From: Pseudomonadales bacterium
GTDB lineage: Bacteria; Pseudomonadota; Gammaproteobacteria; Pseudomonadales; IMCC2047
Length of the DNA: 64,000 nt
Reading direction: 5' to 3'
Assembly (NCBI GenBank): GCA_041395865.1
Contig: JAWKZQ010000015.1
Coordinates: 1,604 to 65,603 of the forward strand
Shown: piece by piece, positions 18,948 to 28,936 of the stretch
How the letters are laid out: every line of letters begins with the position of its first letter
How positions within the stretch are numbered: the stretch's first letter is position 1
Position numbers and translations under genes: made by a program
Notes under the pieces: generated by a model
Seen by the model: the letters and a program-made list of their open reading frames with translations, nothing else
Database searches by the model: none
Told to the model about the DNA's origin: nothing

Positions 18948-20376
18948 GTGAACGCTGAAGTGCCTCGCCATACTGCTGGAGCTGCAGCAATAGCTCACGC
19001 TTTGGCGAGGACAAGTCCTGCTCGGACAGCAGGCACTCGAGCTTTTTAAAGTACTCAGCCAGTGTCAGGCTGCCGCCGCCGTCAGGATCAGTCAGCCGTT
19101 GCGCCCTGAATAACTGCCAATTCGCGGCTTCCTCCGCATCCAGCGTAGCGGGATAGTTACGGGCCCGATAACGAAATAGCATTTCCGGCAAACGCGCATC
19201 GCCAAAAGGCAGCCGCGCCTGGCTTAACTGCTCCGGGGTCATGTGCCGCAATTGCTCCATCAATTGTCGATCATGCTGGCTAAAGAAGCCCCCGCTGTAA
19301 ATTGCCAGGTCCGGGTCATCAACCGTATCAAGCTGCCGCTGTGAAAACACCCTTTGCACCTTCTCCGCCAGTCCTTCGGCAACCTTTAACTTTTCCAGGT
19401 GCTGGCGACAGGCTTGCAGATCCAGGCCCAGGCGCTCAGCCACCTCGGCTGTAACAATACTGACCGGCACGACAATGGGACATTTATTCACGTGTACCGC
19501 CTTTATCGGCACGCGCTCAATACCTTCAGGCAATTCGTCGCGGCGTGTAAAGATGCGTTCGGCTACCTGTTCGGCACTCAGTGACAGCAGGGGCTGCGGA
19601 TCCACGCTCAGGTCGTAGACATAAATCGCGTTTTTGTTGGTCAGGTCCCGCGCCAGGGGCAATACAACGGCGGCACAGCCCCGCTCAGCCGGATACATGG
19701 AAGAGATATGCAATACCGGCTTTTGCGCCAGCAGGTTAAGCTGTTGCTCCACCAACCGTTTATCGCGGTGGCGGTAAGCAAAGTCAAACAGCTTCGGCTG
19801 CTTGCGCTTAATCAGTTTTGCCATTTCAATCGTGGCCCAGACATCGGACATGGCGTCGTGTGCGGCTTCATGCGCAATACCATTGGCCGCGGTCAGGTGC
19901 TCCAGTTTAAAACTGGGGCTGCCATCCTCATGCAGGGGCCACTCAATGCCCTCCGGCCGCACCGCCCGGGTCAGGCGAACCATATCGATAATGTCCCAGC
20001 GCGAATTGCCGTTTTGCCACTCGCGCGCATAGGGGTCGTAAAAATTACGGTACAGGGTGTTACGCGTCACCTCATCGTCAAAACGGATACTGTTATAGCC
20101 CGCCACACAGGTACCGGGTTCGGAAAACTGGCGATGAATGCGGGCAATAAATTCGGCTTCAACAACCCCCTCGCGCAGCGCCTGCTGGGGCGTAATTCCG
20201 GTGATCAAACAAGCCTCGGGTTGCGGCAGCACCTCGTCGGAGGGTTGACAGAAAAAAACCTCGGGCTCGCCAATGACATTAAAGGCCTCATCGGTACGAA
20301 CACCGGCAAACTGGCAGGGCCTATCGCGGAAAGGATCGGCGCCGAAGGTTTCGAAATCGTACCAATAGAAGCTCAT
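18937..20376 (-). CDS. sbcB: Exodeoxyribonuclease I
   Basis: N-terminus FYWYDFETFGADP...RPCQFAGVRTD and a 479-aa length as in SbcB. Its 3' end overlaps the convergent M16 gene by 11 bp. Confidence 0.92.
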   Translation of the reverse strand: MSFYWYDFETFGADPFRDRPCQFAGVRTDEAFNVIGEPEVFFCQPSDEVLPQPEACLITGITPQQALREGVVEAEFIARIHRQFSEPGTCVAGYNSIRFDDEVTRNTLYRNFYDPYAREWQNGNSRWDIIDMVRLTRAVRPEGIEWPLHEDGSPSFKLEHLTAANGIAHEAAHDAMSDVWATIEMAKLIKRKQPKLFDFAYRHRDKRLVEQQLNLLAQKPVLHISSMYPAERGCAAVVLPLARDLTNKNAIYVYDLSVDPQPLLSLSAEQVAERIFTRRDELPEGIERVPIKAVHVNKCPIVVPVSIVTAEVAERLGLDLQACRQHLEKLKVAEGLAEKVQRVFSQRQLDTVDDPDLAIYSGGFFSQHDRQLMEQLRHMTPEQLSQARLPFGDARLPEMLFRYRARNYPATLDAEEAANWQLFRAQRLTDPDGGGSLTLAEYFKKLECLLSEQDLSSPKRELLLQLQQYGEALQRSLSP

Positions 20377-20430
20377 CAGCAGGGCTCACATGTGTTAAGG
20401 AAGCTTTATTGTAGGGAAAACCACACATAA

Positions 20431-20459
20431 AAAAACCCGCCAGTTGGGGCGGGTTTTTA
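20431..20459 (-). terminator. Rho-independent terminator after pilU
   Basis: AAAAACCCGCC-agttgg-GGCGGGTTTTT. The stem is followed by a T run on the minus strand. Confidence 0.75.
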
Positions 20460-20492
20460 TGAACAACCATCAGGCCTCATTATAATGGCCGG

Positions 20493-21764
20493 TTACATGG
20501 GCGGCTCTTCATCATCCAGGGGTTGCAGCGAAAAGCCTGAAGCGGTTAGCTTTGGCTTGGGTTTAGGCGCTTCTCTGGGCGGAACGACGCCCTGCATGGC
20601 CTGCTCGCGTAATTTCCGAAGATCATCCTTCACACTCGGTGCTTTAGGCACCTCCCTTTTCACTTCGGCAGGTTTAGGAACCGGTTGGGGCTTGCCGCCC
20701 TCCTTCTCGCCCAGGGTGATCTTCAACCGCAGGTTGTTCGCCGAATCGGCATTACGCAAAGCCTCTTCCATGCCGATTTTGCCCTGCTGGTAAAGTTCCA
20801 GCAACGCTTGGTCAAAGGTACGCATACCCGAGTTGGCGGACTTCTCCATCACCTCTTTCAGGGAGTCCACTTCACCTTTTTTAATCAGGTCGCGCACCCG
20901 CGGCGTTCCGGTCAACACCTCAATCGCCGCAGCCCGTTTGCCGTCTACCGTGGGAATCAGGCGCTGGGAAATAATGCCGCGCAGGTTAAGGGACAGGTCG
21001 AGGAACAGCTGGTTATGACGCTCTTCGGGGAAAAAGTTGATGATACGGTCCAGGGCCTGGTTCGCATTGTTTGCGTGTAACGTGGATAAACACAGGTGTC
21101 CGGTTTCGGCAAAGGCAATCGCATGCTCCATGGTTTCACGGCTACGGATCTCACCAATCAAAATCACATCCGGCGCCTGCCGCAGCGTATTTTCCAGAGC
21201 GTCTTCATAGCTATCGGTATCCATACCCACTTCGCGCTGGTTGATGATGCTCTTCTTGTGGCGGTGCACAAATTCAACCGGGTCCTCAATGGTGATGATA
21301 TGCCCGGCACTGTTGCTGTTCCGGTGGTCAATCAGGGATGCCAGCGAGGTGGACTTACCTGAGCCCGTGCCGCCCACAAAAAGGATCAGGCCCCGCTTTT
21401 CCATCACCAGTTCAGGCAGGATATTGGGTAAGCCGAGATCCTTGTAGTAGGGAATGTCCGTCTTGATGGAACGGATAACCATGGACACTTCATTGCGCTG
21501 CTTGAAGATATTAACCCGGAACCGGCCCAGCCCCTCCTCCGAAAGCGCCAGGTTCATTTCCGGCTTATGCTCGAACTCCTTAATCTGGTCCTGATTCATT
21601 GCCTTATAGGCAAGCTCCCTTACGCGTCCTTTGGGCAGAGACTCGTTGGCAATCGGCACTAACTGCCCCATGGTCTTGATACTGGGCGGAGCGCCGGTAC
21701 TGAGATATAAATCAGAACCATCGCGGTCGATTAATACGCGAAGATAGTCTTTTAACTCCTGCAT
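20493..21764 (-). CDS. pilU: PilT/PilU-family type IV pilus retraction ATPase (PilU-like) with Lys/Pro-rich C-terminal tail
   Basis: Walker A GGTGSGKST. LSTLHANNANQALDRIINFFP and ADSANNLRL match remembered PilU. The ATG at 21764 has an AGGAAG SD. Confidence 0.85.
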   Translation of the reverse strand: MQELKDYLRVLIDRDGSDLYLSTGAPPSIKTMGQLVPIANESLPKGRVRELAYKAMNQDQIKEFEHKPEMNLALSEEGLGRFRVNIFKQRNEVSMVIRSIKTDIPYYKDLGLPNILPELVMEKRGLILFVGGTGSGKSTSLASLIDHRNSNSAGHIITIEDPVEFVHRHKKSIINQREVGMDTDSYEDALENTLRQAPDVILIGEIRSRETMEHAIAFAETGHLCLSTLHANNANQALDRIINFFPEERHNQLFLDLSLNLRGIISQRLIPTVDGKRAAAIEVLTGTPRVRDLIKKGEVDSLKEVMEKSANSGMRTFDQALLELYQQGKIGMEEALRNADSANNLRLKITLGEKEGGKPQPVPKPAEVKREVPKAPSVKDDLRKLREQAMQGVVPPREAPKPKPKLTASGFSLQPLDDEEPPM

Positions 21765-21917
21765 AACCACTTCCTGAATTTCGTTGTTATTGCTGAGTAT
21801 TCCGGCCGCCTCGAATGAGTCGAATCGAGAACACTCGTTCTTTAAGTTAACGTTTTTCAGTATAGGCAGGATTTATAAATCTGCTAAACAGTCGTCGAAG
21901 AATTCGACAGTCAGGGG

Positions 21918-23153
21918 TTAGTAAAGTATGACCCGGTTGCGCCCGGCTTTTTTGGCACGATAAAGCGCTTTATCGGCGGCTTCCATCACAGCCAGGGGCG
22001 TTTTCAGCGACTCACTTCGGTGCGCGGCGCCCAGGCTGATCGTGACGCTCAAATCTGTTGCACCGGAAATCTTCTTGCGCAACCGTGCGCCCTTTTGTGC
22101 GTCTTTAGGCCGCCCCTGGCCACGAATTCGCATCGGGTAATTCGCCACATTTTGACGCAGTTTTTCCAAATAGGGTTTTACCTGTTGCAGAGATTTGTGT
22201 TCAAACACCAACACAAACTCCTCGCCGCCATATCGATAAGCCCGTCCGCCACCGCCGGTTTTATCGAGGTGGGAAGCGAGCATTTTCAGCACCTGATCAC
22301 CCACATCGTGACCATAGGTATCGTTAAATTTTTTAAAATGATCCACATCGACCATCACGATAATGTAATGCCCGCCCAACCTGAGAAAGCGTTCGTTCAG
22401 GGCCCGCCGCCCCAGCAGGCCGGTGAGTTCATCGCGGTAAGCCATATCGTAGGAGTGCTGTAGCAGGCATAACAGGGCGACCAGGCCCGAAACAACAAAA
22501 AGCACCACCACGATGGTCGTAGAGCCAATAAAATTGAAAGCCAGGCCCTGCGCAAGCAGGAGCACCATCAACGCATTATTCAATGGCGTGTGTCGAAAAA
22601 GCAGACGTGCAGCGATAACAATTGACGATAACAATAAACTCAACAGCACCGCATTCGGCAGGAAAACCCCGACGTCAGCAAAGAGGGTCTGCGTTAAATA
22701 GGTCAGCTCCAGGCCCTCAAGCCATTGCCCCACATGCCCATTCATTACCTCGACAACAAGGGCAAGCTGCAAACCCAGCATGGAAACGAAAATATAGCTT
22801 TGCACGAGGCTCATGCCCCGGTCACGGAGCAACGACAGTATTGCCAGATTAATGGGGCCAAGCACACCGAGCACCAATAATAAGGACAGCTGCTGCGAAA
22901 GCTGCTGGTAGGGATAATAGCTGGTCAACGCCCAATGCAGCAGGGCCATGAAAAAGGATAAGTAGAATATTCTGCTGCGGCCAAAATACAGGCTAATAAA
23001 GGCGCTGACGATAAAAAAACTGTAGGGCACCAAGCGTAGCGTGGCGAGCTGGTTAACGGATAAATTATGCATCAACCCCAGGCCGAAATAACCGATCAGC
23101 AGGAGCAGATACGGCGCAAAAAAGGATAACAGGGAACGATTAAAAAAACGCAA
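21918..23153 (-). CDS. Membrane-anchored diguanylate cyclase (GGDEF)
   Basis: About 230 aa of transmembrane helices, then RDELTGLLGRR...YGGEEF (the GGDEF active site). Confidence 0.88.
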   Translation of the reverse strand: MRFFNRSLLSFFAPYLLLLIGYFGLGLMHNLSVNQLATLRLVPYSFFIVSAFISLYFGRSRIFYLSFFMALLHWALTSYYPYQQLSQQLSLLLVLGVLGPINLAILSLLRDRGMSLVQSYIFVSMLGLQLALVVEVMNGHVGQWLEGLELTYLTQTLFADVGVFLPNAVLLSLLLSSIVIAARLLFRHTPLNNALMVLLLAQGLAFNFIGSTTIVVVLFVVSGLVALLCLLQHSYDMAYRDELTGLLGRRALNERFLRLGGHYIIVMVDVDHFKKFNDTYGHDVGDQVLKMLASHLDKTGGGGRAYRYGGEEFVLVFEHKSLQQVKPYLEKLRQNVANYPMRIRGQGRPKDAQKGARLRKKISGATDLSVTISLGAAHRSESLKTPLAVMEAADKALYRAKKAGRNRVILY

Positions 23154-23240
23154 AGACTACCCCACCGTTAAACAACAACGAATTAATTATCAGTATAGTC
23201 GGATAGACCTTTTTCGACAGATATTGCTCCTTTGAAAACG

Positions 23241-23591
23241 CTAATATTTCCCTGTCTCAATCAGCATGTCGAACCTCGCCAGAACACTGATAATCCGGTT
23301 GGGATTAAAGCTCACCTGCCTAAAGCTTTCTTCGGCGATGGGGACAATACCGCTTTGCTCCGGCAAAGGCGCCTGGGTCTCGATAATCAGCTTGATTCGG
23401 GTAATAAAAACAAACTGCAGCCACTGACTAAAACGCAGCGTATCGATGCAGAATGGCTCACAGCTCATTAACGCTTCCGGGGGCGGCGGCGCAGGCTCCC
23501 AAAGTGCGCAGGCTCGTAACGCCGCCTCCAGCTCAAGAATGATATCGGCCAGTTGGCTATAGGGTTCAGGGGGGAAATGCTGGTTAACCAA
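23241..23591 (-). CDS. yqcC: YqcC-family protein (DUF446)
   Basis: FCIDTLRFSQWLQFVFITR is the YqcC signature region. The start is uncertain; TTG at 23591 avoids overlap with phhB. Confidence 0.65.
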   Translation of the reverse strand: MVNQHFPPEPYSQLADIILELEAALRACALWEPAPPPPEALMSCEPFCIDTLRFSQWLQFVFITRIKLIIETQAPLPEQSGIVPIAEESFRQVSFNPNRIISVLARFDMLIETGKY

Positions 23592-23604
23592 GCGTTGATT
23601 AACC

Positions 23605-23946
23605 TTAATCCGGGTACAACTGATCCGTGCGGGCCGCCATAATAAAATCGTTTTTATGCAGGCCGCCAATTTTATGCGTCCACCAGGTGACAGTGACTCG
23701 CCCCCATTCCGTCAGTATGGCCGGATGGTGGTTTTCGCTTTCGGCCAGCTCACCCACATCATTGGTAAAAGCCAGCGCCTGGGCAAAGTTCTTGAACTTG
23801 AAGATTCGTTCCAGCTGCTTTTCAGCATACCGCTCCTCCACCCGCCATTCGGGCAGTTCAAGCATCAACTCGGTTAGTTCGGCATCGCTGACTTTGGGTG
23901 CGTCGGCACGACAGGCTTCACAGGCTGTTTCGATTAAATAGGTCAT
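23605..23946 (-). CDS. phhB: Pterin-4-alpha-carbinolamine dehydratase
   Basis: [43 protein letters not shown] is the PCD/DCoH core. ATG at 23946. Confidence 0.88.
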   Translation of the reverse strand: MTYLIETACEACRADAPKVSDAELTELMLELPEWRVEERYAEKQLERIFKFKNFAQALAFTNDVGELAESENHHPAILTEWGRVTVTWWTHKIGGLHKNDFIMAARTDQLYPD

Positions 23947-24020
23947 CTTTCTGTTACCTCCTGCTTTGCTCAACAGCTCAATTTTACGCCTGTCATCCAA
24001 AGAACGACAGGCGCAAAACC

Positions 24021-25538
24021 TTAGCGGACCTCGACAGCCCGCTCTTCGATGATGTGATGCCATTGCTCTGGGCCGGTCTGGTGTACCGATTCTCCCTTCA
24101 CATCAACAGCGACAGTCACAGGCATGTCCTCAACCTCAAACTCGTAGATAGCCTCCATGCCCATTTCAGGAAATGCCACTACCTCGGCTTTTTTGATGGC
24201 CTTGGACACCAGATAAGCCGCACCGCCTACGGCCATCAGGTAAACCGCCTTGTGCTTTTTAATCGCTTCGATCGCCACCGGACCACGTTCGGCCTTACCG
24301 ATCATGCCGATCAAGCCCGTTTCCGCCAGCATGGTTTCAGTAAACTTATCCATACGTGTTGCTGTCGTCGGACCGGCCGGGCCCACTACTTCGTCACGCA
24401 CCGGATCAACCGGGCCAACGTAATAAATAAAACGATCCTTAAGATCAACCGGCAAAGGCTCGCCCTTGGCGATCATATCGGTCATTTTCTTGTGCGCCGC
24501 ATCGCGGCCGGTCAGCATCTTGCCCGATAACAGCAGCGTTTCGCCCGGTTTCCAGTCCTGGATATCGGCATGTTTAACCTCATCCAGGTTAACGCGACGC
24601 ACCTCATTACCAGCCGTCTGGGTGATTTCAGGCCAGTCTTCCAGTTTAGGTGGCGTCAGCTCAGCGGGTCCGGAACCATCCAGCGTAAAGTGCGCATGGC
24701 GGGTAGCCGCACAGTTGGGGATCATGGCAACCGGCAAGGACGCCGCATGGGTTGGGTAATCCTTGATTTTTACATCCAGTACGGTGGTCAAACCGCCCAG
24801 TCCCTGAGCACCGATACCCAGGTTATTCACCGCATCCATGATTTCCAGGCGCAACTCCTCAACACGGTTCTGCGGCCCACGTTCGCGAATCTCATGGATA
24901 TCAATCGGATCCATCAGCACTTCCTTAGCCATCACCGCCGCTTTTTCAGCCGTTCCGCCGATGCCGATGCCAAGCATGCCCGGCGGACACCAGCCGGCGC
25001 CCATGGTCGGAACCGTTTTCACCACCCAGTCGACAATGCTGTCGCTTGGGTTGAGCATGACCATTTTGGATTTATTTTCTGAACCGCCACCCTTGGCCGC
25101 CACATGGACTTCCACTTGATCGCCCGGCACCAGCTCCATATGAATCACCGCCGGCGTATTATCTTTGGTGTTTTTGCGGGCACCGGCCGGATCTTCCAGT
25201 ATCGACGCGCGCAACAGGTTATCGGGATTGGTGTACGCCCGGCGTACGCCTTCGTTAACCAGGTCGGAAACGGACTTGTCCGTATCCCATTGCACGTTCA
25301 TACCCACCTTCAAAAAGACCGTTACAATGCCCGTATCCTGACAAATGGGGCGATGCCCCTCGGCACACATCCGGGAGTTAATGAGAATCTGCGCCATGGC
25401 ATCCTTGGCTGCCTGGGACTCCTCTTTCAGATAGGCTTCATGCACCGCCTCAATGAAATCCGTAGGGTGGTAATAGGAAATGTACTGCAGCGCACCTGCA
25501 ACACTTTGTATAAGGTCTTCTTCGCGAATTAAAGTCAT
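24021..25538 (-). CDS. fumA: Class I (Fe-S dependent) fumarate hydratase, fused alpha/beta type
   Basis: [11 protein letters not shown] and the GGGSENKS region, about 505 aa. ATG at 25538 (MTLIREEDL...). Confidence 0.85.
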   Translation of the reverse strand: MTLIREEDLIQSVAGALQYISYYHPTDFIEAVHEAYLKEESQAAKDAMAQILINSRMCAEGHRPICQDTGIVTVFLKVGMNVQWDTDKSVSDLVNEGVRRAYTNPDNLLRASILEDPAGARKNTKDNTPAVIHMELVPGDQVEVHVAAKGGGSENKSKMVMLNPSDSIVDWVVKTVPTMGAGWCPPGMLGIGIGGTAEKAAVMAKEVLMDPIDIHEIRERGPQNRVEELRLEIMDAVNNLGIGAQGLGGLTTVLDVKIKDYPTHAASLPVAMIPNCAATRHAHFTLDGSGPAELTPPKLEDWPEITQTAGNEVRRVNLDEVKHADIQDWKPGETLLLSGKMLTGRDAAHKKMTDMIAKGEPLPVDLKDRFIYYVGPVDPVRDEVVGPAGPTTATRMDKFTETMLAETGLIGMIGKAERGPVAIEAIKKHKAVYLMAVGGAAYLVSKAIKKAEVVAFPEMGMEAIYEFEVEDMPVTVAVDVKGESVHQTGPEQWHHIIEERAVEVR

Positions 25539-25642
25539 CTTCACGTCCCGAATGGTTAAGCCAATAAAAAGGCGGCTATTGTACCCCAAGCTTCGAAAAT
25601 GCTCAGCCCCTAACCTCTCCTGTTCGCTGAGATTTTCTGCCG

Positions 25643-27019
25643 CTATCGCGGTTTTAGCAGGTTGTCAGGCTCCAGCAGGCGTTTCAGCTCATCGGCAGGA
25701 ATATCCGTCACATCTAGGGCAACATCGAGAATCGGCCGCTTTTCGCGATACGCCTGCTTGGCAATTTGCGCGGCAAGATCGTAACCGATCAAGGGGATGA
25801 GCGCCGTCACCAGCATCGGATTTTGCGCCAGGTTCGCAGCCAGCACATCATGCCTCACCTTAAAGGTCGCTATTGCCTTATCGGCCAGCAATTCAGCCGC
25901 CGATGACAACATCTCAATACTCTGCAACAGGTTATGGGCGATCAGGGGCAGCATGGTATTGAGCTGAAAATTACCGTTTTGACCTGCCTGGGCGATGGCT
26001 GCGTCATATCCCGTCACCTGCGCGGCAACCATCAGTACGCTTTCAGGAATCACCGGGTTTACCTTGCCCGCCATGATGCTGCTGCCGGGCTGCAGCGACT
26101 GCAACTCAATTTCTCCCAATCCCGCCAATGGCCCGCTGTTCATCCAGCGCAAATCATTGCAAATTTTCGTAAAACTCAGCGCCACCACCCGCAGCTGCCC
26201 CGAAAGCTCTACAGCAGTATCCTGAGAGCTCAGGCTTTCAAAAAAGCAATCACTGACGATAAAAGGATAACCGGTGTCACGGCTGATCAGTTGCGCGAAC
26301 CGACGGGCAAAATCAGGGTGTGCATTCACGCCAGTCCCCACCGCAGTGCCGCCCTGCGCCAGCCGATACAGGCGAGGCAAGGTCGCTTTCAAGCGTTCAA
26401 TATCCAGGTTAATTTGAGTTTTCCAGCCCTCGAGCTCCTGCGCCAGGGAAACGGGCATGGCGTCCATCAGGTGGGTTCGGCCGGTCGTGATTTCACCGTT
26501 GAGCCTCTCGGCTCTGCTGCCAATCACCTCAGCAAGGTGCGCCAAGGCGGGGAGTAACCGTTGATTAAGCTGGTCAACAACGCTTACATGAATCGCCGTT
26601 GGAATCACATCATTACTGCTTTGGCCCAGGTTCACGTGATCATTCGGGTGAACCTCGAGTCCGCTGGAGCGGGTTGCCAACGTGGCAATGACCTCATTGG
26701 CATTCATATTAGAGCTGGTCCCGGAACCTGTCTGGAAAATATCAACCGGGAAATGCGGATTATATTGGCCCGCCTGCACAGCTGCCGCCGCTGTTTCAAT
26801 CGCCGCGGCTCTTTGGTCATCCAGCAAACCCAACTGGCAATTCACGCGAGCTGCTATTTTTTTTATCAAGCCCAAGGAGGCGATGAAAGGGCCAGGCATA
26901 ACCTGGCCACTGACAGAGAAATTATCCACCGCGCGTTGGGTTTGCGCACCATACAACGCATCGACAGGCACCTTCACAGAACCGAGGGTGTCACGTTCAG
27001 TTCGGTACTTTTTTGCCAT
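25643..27019 (-). CDS. fumC: Class II fumarate hydratase
   Basis: Fumarate-lyase signature GSSIMAGKVNP and N-terminus ERDTLGSVKVPVDALYGAQTQRAVDNF. AspA cannot be fully excluded by eye. Confidence 0.8.
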   Translation of the reverse strand: MAKKYRTERDTLGSVKVPVDALYGAQTQRAVDNFSVSGQVMPGPFIASLGLIKKIAARVNCQLGLLDDQRAAAIETAAAAVQAGQYNPHFPVDIFQTGSGTSSNMNANEVIATLATRSSGLEVHPNDHVNLGQSSNDVIPTAIHVSVVDQLNQRLLPALAHLAEVIGSRAERLNGEITTGRTHLMDAMPVSLAQELEGWKTQINLDIERLKATLPRLYRLAQGGTAVGTGVNAHPDFARRFAQLISRDTGYPFIVSDCFFESLSSQDTAVELSGQLRVVALSFTKICNDLRWMNSGPLAGLGEIELQSLQPGSSIMAGKVNPVIPESVLMVAAQVTGYDAAIAQAGQNGNFQLNTMLPLIAHNLLQSIEMLSSAAELLADKAIATFKVRHDVLAANLAQNPMLVTALIPLIGYDLAAQIAKQAYREKRPILDVALDVTDIPADELKRLLEPDNLLKPR

Positions 27020-27105
27020 CGCAGCCAGCCTCTTATCGGCTCAAACAGGATGACTACACGTTACCAGAGCCCCGGATAGATTGCATCCCAGGCAAGAGGC
27101 CCTGA

Positions 27106-27597
27106 TCAGGGGGTAAATTCAATCCGGCTGGATTCCTGAACGCCCGGGTCGCAGAAACTAATTTCCACATCCTTCTCGTCACAAAAACGCAACACCGAGG
27201 CAGCAACTTTCGGCTGACTGGAGCGCGCATACCACGTAGATCCCTGGCTTTGCGGCTCACCGTCCAAATAACGCACGACATATCGCAACTGGCCGTCCTC
27301 GTACCAGGCAACCTCCTGGCCGTGCTTCAGGCCATCTTTAAAGCTCACCTGTAACCTTTGCAGGCCATCTTCAAAGTAACTCACCGCATCTCCGGTAAAA
27401 GGCTGAGGCTGCCCGGGGGCGTAGCGTAAATGGCCTCGAACTTCGAGGCTTTCCAGGCTCATAACCTGCTCATCGCTTACACGTGACTGCTCATCCGCCA
27501 GCGCTTCCTGCGCCAAGGCTGGCCCTGAGGCAACCAGACAGGCCACCACGGCAAGCCAAATAAAGGTTAAGTTGTTACATTGAAAAATCTGTTTCAT
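27106..27597 (-). CDS. Exported MORN-repeat-variant (YwqK-like) protein
   Basis: Signal peptide ...ASGPALA plus repeats such as YFEDGLQRLQVSFKDGLKHGQEVAWYEDGQLRYVVRYLDGEP. Confidence 0.6.
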   Translation of the reverse strand: MKQIFQCNNLTFIWLAVVACLVASGPALAQEALADEQSRVSDEQVMSLESLEVRGHLRYAPGQPQPFTGDAVSYFEDGLQRLQVSFKDGLKHGQEVAWYEDGQLRYVVRYLDGEPQSQGSTWYARSSQPKVAASVLRFCDEKDVEISFCDPGVQESSRIEFTP

Positions 27598-27704
27598 AGT
27601 AATTCCGTAATATTTCCTTGAACCGAAAGACCGATTCCTTGTTACTCTCAGTATAGATTAGGCCCTGACTCGTTTATTATTGCGGGGCTAAACAGGAGCC
27701 CCCA

Positions 27705-28055
27705 ATGTCCCGATCTTCACAACTCGTCTATTCCACTGACCAGGGCCGTATTTGCCCCGACTGCCGCCAACCCAAAACAGCCTGCTGCTGTAAAACAGCG
27801 GCAGCTCCTGTCAGCGATGGTCCAATCCGAATCCGGCGCCAAACCAAAGGTCGCAAAGGCAAAGGCGTGACCCTCATTGAAGGCATCCCCCTTGCCGATG
27901 ACGATCTCAAGGCACTGGCCAAACAGCTGAAAAAGGCCTGTGGAAGCGGTGGAACCGTCAAGAACGGGGTAATAGAAATCCAGGGCGACTACCGTGAACA
28001 GGCACTGGCCTACCTCGTCAAGCAGGGCTACGAAGCCAAGCTTGCGGGAGGTTAA
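27705..28055 (+). CDS. yciH: SUI1/eIF1-family translation initiation factor YciH
   Basis: [13 protein letters not shown]...[21 protein letters not shown] is the SUI1 core. ACAGGAG SD. Confidence 0.88.
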   Translation: MSRSSQLVYSTDQGRICPDCRQPKTACCCKTAAAPVSDGPIRIRRQTKGRKGKGVTLIEGIPLADDDLKALAKQLKKACGSGGTVKNGVIEIQGDYREQALAYLVKQGYEAKLAGG

Positions 28056-28688
28056 GCCGCTACCTGCAGCTCCTGGCCCTGTGCCTCCCAGATTCCTGCA
28101 AATACTTTTTCCGAAGTAGCTCCTGTCAAAGCTTCTCGCTCAGCTTCCGGAATAAACGCAATTGACAGCAGGTGCTCCAGGTGTGAAAAGCCCTTTTCAA
28201 CGGGCAGATCAAGATGGTCATAAATTTTATAGCTGTACCCTAAACCTGAATGGACACGCTTATAAAGTCTCGCGCGCTTCAGGCCCGTCACATTAAAGGC
28301 ATAGTGATAGCCCAAACTCGCACAGCCTCTATCGCCACACCGCCCGGAATATTTCCGTTTTGCGGTATTCAGGCCGTAGCACCAGGCGTTCATGCTGGCA
28401 GTAGGCGCCAGCGGCAAATCCAACCCTCGAGGAAGCACCTTGTTAAGATTCAGTCCCTGCTCTCCAGTGGCGTCAGGGTTTGGTTAAACAGCGAACACCC
28501 GCACTTCTGACACCACCGAGCACAAACATCCCCATCTCTCACGATCAGGATATTTCCCGTCTGATCATAAATATCTTCCCGGCTGTTGAAGGCATCGAAG
28601 TTTGAGTTCTTTCCGAAAACATTTTCCCTTAACCAGTAATACTGTTCCAGCAAATATCCTGCTTGCTGAACTCAAAGGTAATGGACAC
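28052..28688 (-). pseudogene. Hypothetical Cys-rich protein gene, readable as one 212-codon frame only after restoring one base at about 28651-28653 (T run) and one at about 28470-28478 (A/C runs)
   Basis: AGGAG, 7 nt, then GTG at 28688 opens a 19-codon frame. The 67-aa (28450-28653) and 128-aa (28052-28438) track ORFs each lie one frame further on, and the junctions fall on homopolymers. No family recognised. Confidence 0.35.
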
Positions 28689-28807
28689 CTCGTTTCTCCT
28701 GTTGCGCATTTTGTATTCAGGGAACGGGCTAAAGCGATAAAGCCCAAAATTAAATTTCTTCGAAGGGTTCAATACAAAATACGCCAATCCCTTTTTTATT
28801 ATTACTT

Positions 28808-28820
28808 TTTCAATAAGTTA
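28808..28820. promoter_or_regulatory. IHF-like site TTTCAATAAGTTA
   Basis: Matches WATCAANNNNTTR at 8 of 9 defined positions. It lies between the GlrR-type sites and the GTG at 28688. Confidence 0.3.
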
Positions 28821-28872
28821 CACAAAAACTACAAAAAAGCTGAGACACATCCCCCTGAAAACCGGGGAAAAA

Positions 28873-28890
28873 CGTCTCCATTTAGAGACA
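28873..28890. promoter_or_regulatory. GlrR/QseF-type site CGTC-N10-GACA (proximal)
   Basis: CGTCTCCATTTAGAGACA has inverted arms GTCTC/GAGAC and matches 7 of 8 positions of TGTCN10GACA. Confidence 0.5.
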
Positions 28891-28936
28891 CATTTTTGGT
28901 AACCAATAAAAGTCCTTTTAAATCATATGGTTAGCA

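Noticed and set aside
28771-28790. TTGGCGTATTTTGTATTG (minus strand) as the sigma54 -24/-12 promoter served by the GlrR-type sites.
   Set aside because: TGGC is present, but the -12 region reads TTGT rather than TTGC, and its spacing is about 2 nt too short. A systematic check of every GC dinucleotide in 28689-28800 found no GG exactly 12 nt upstream.
28602-28934. 110-aa plus-strand ORF in the AT-rich gap.
   Set aside because: Its sequence is low-complexity and Lys/Phe/Tyr-rich, as expected from AT-rich DNA. It has no SD, and it overlaps the palindromic sites and the antisense of the better-supported minus-strand frame.
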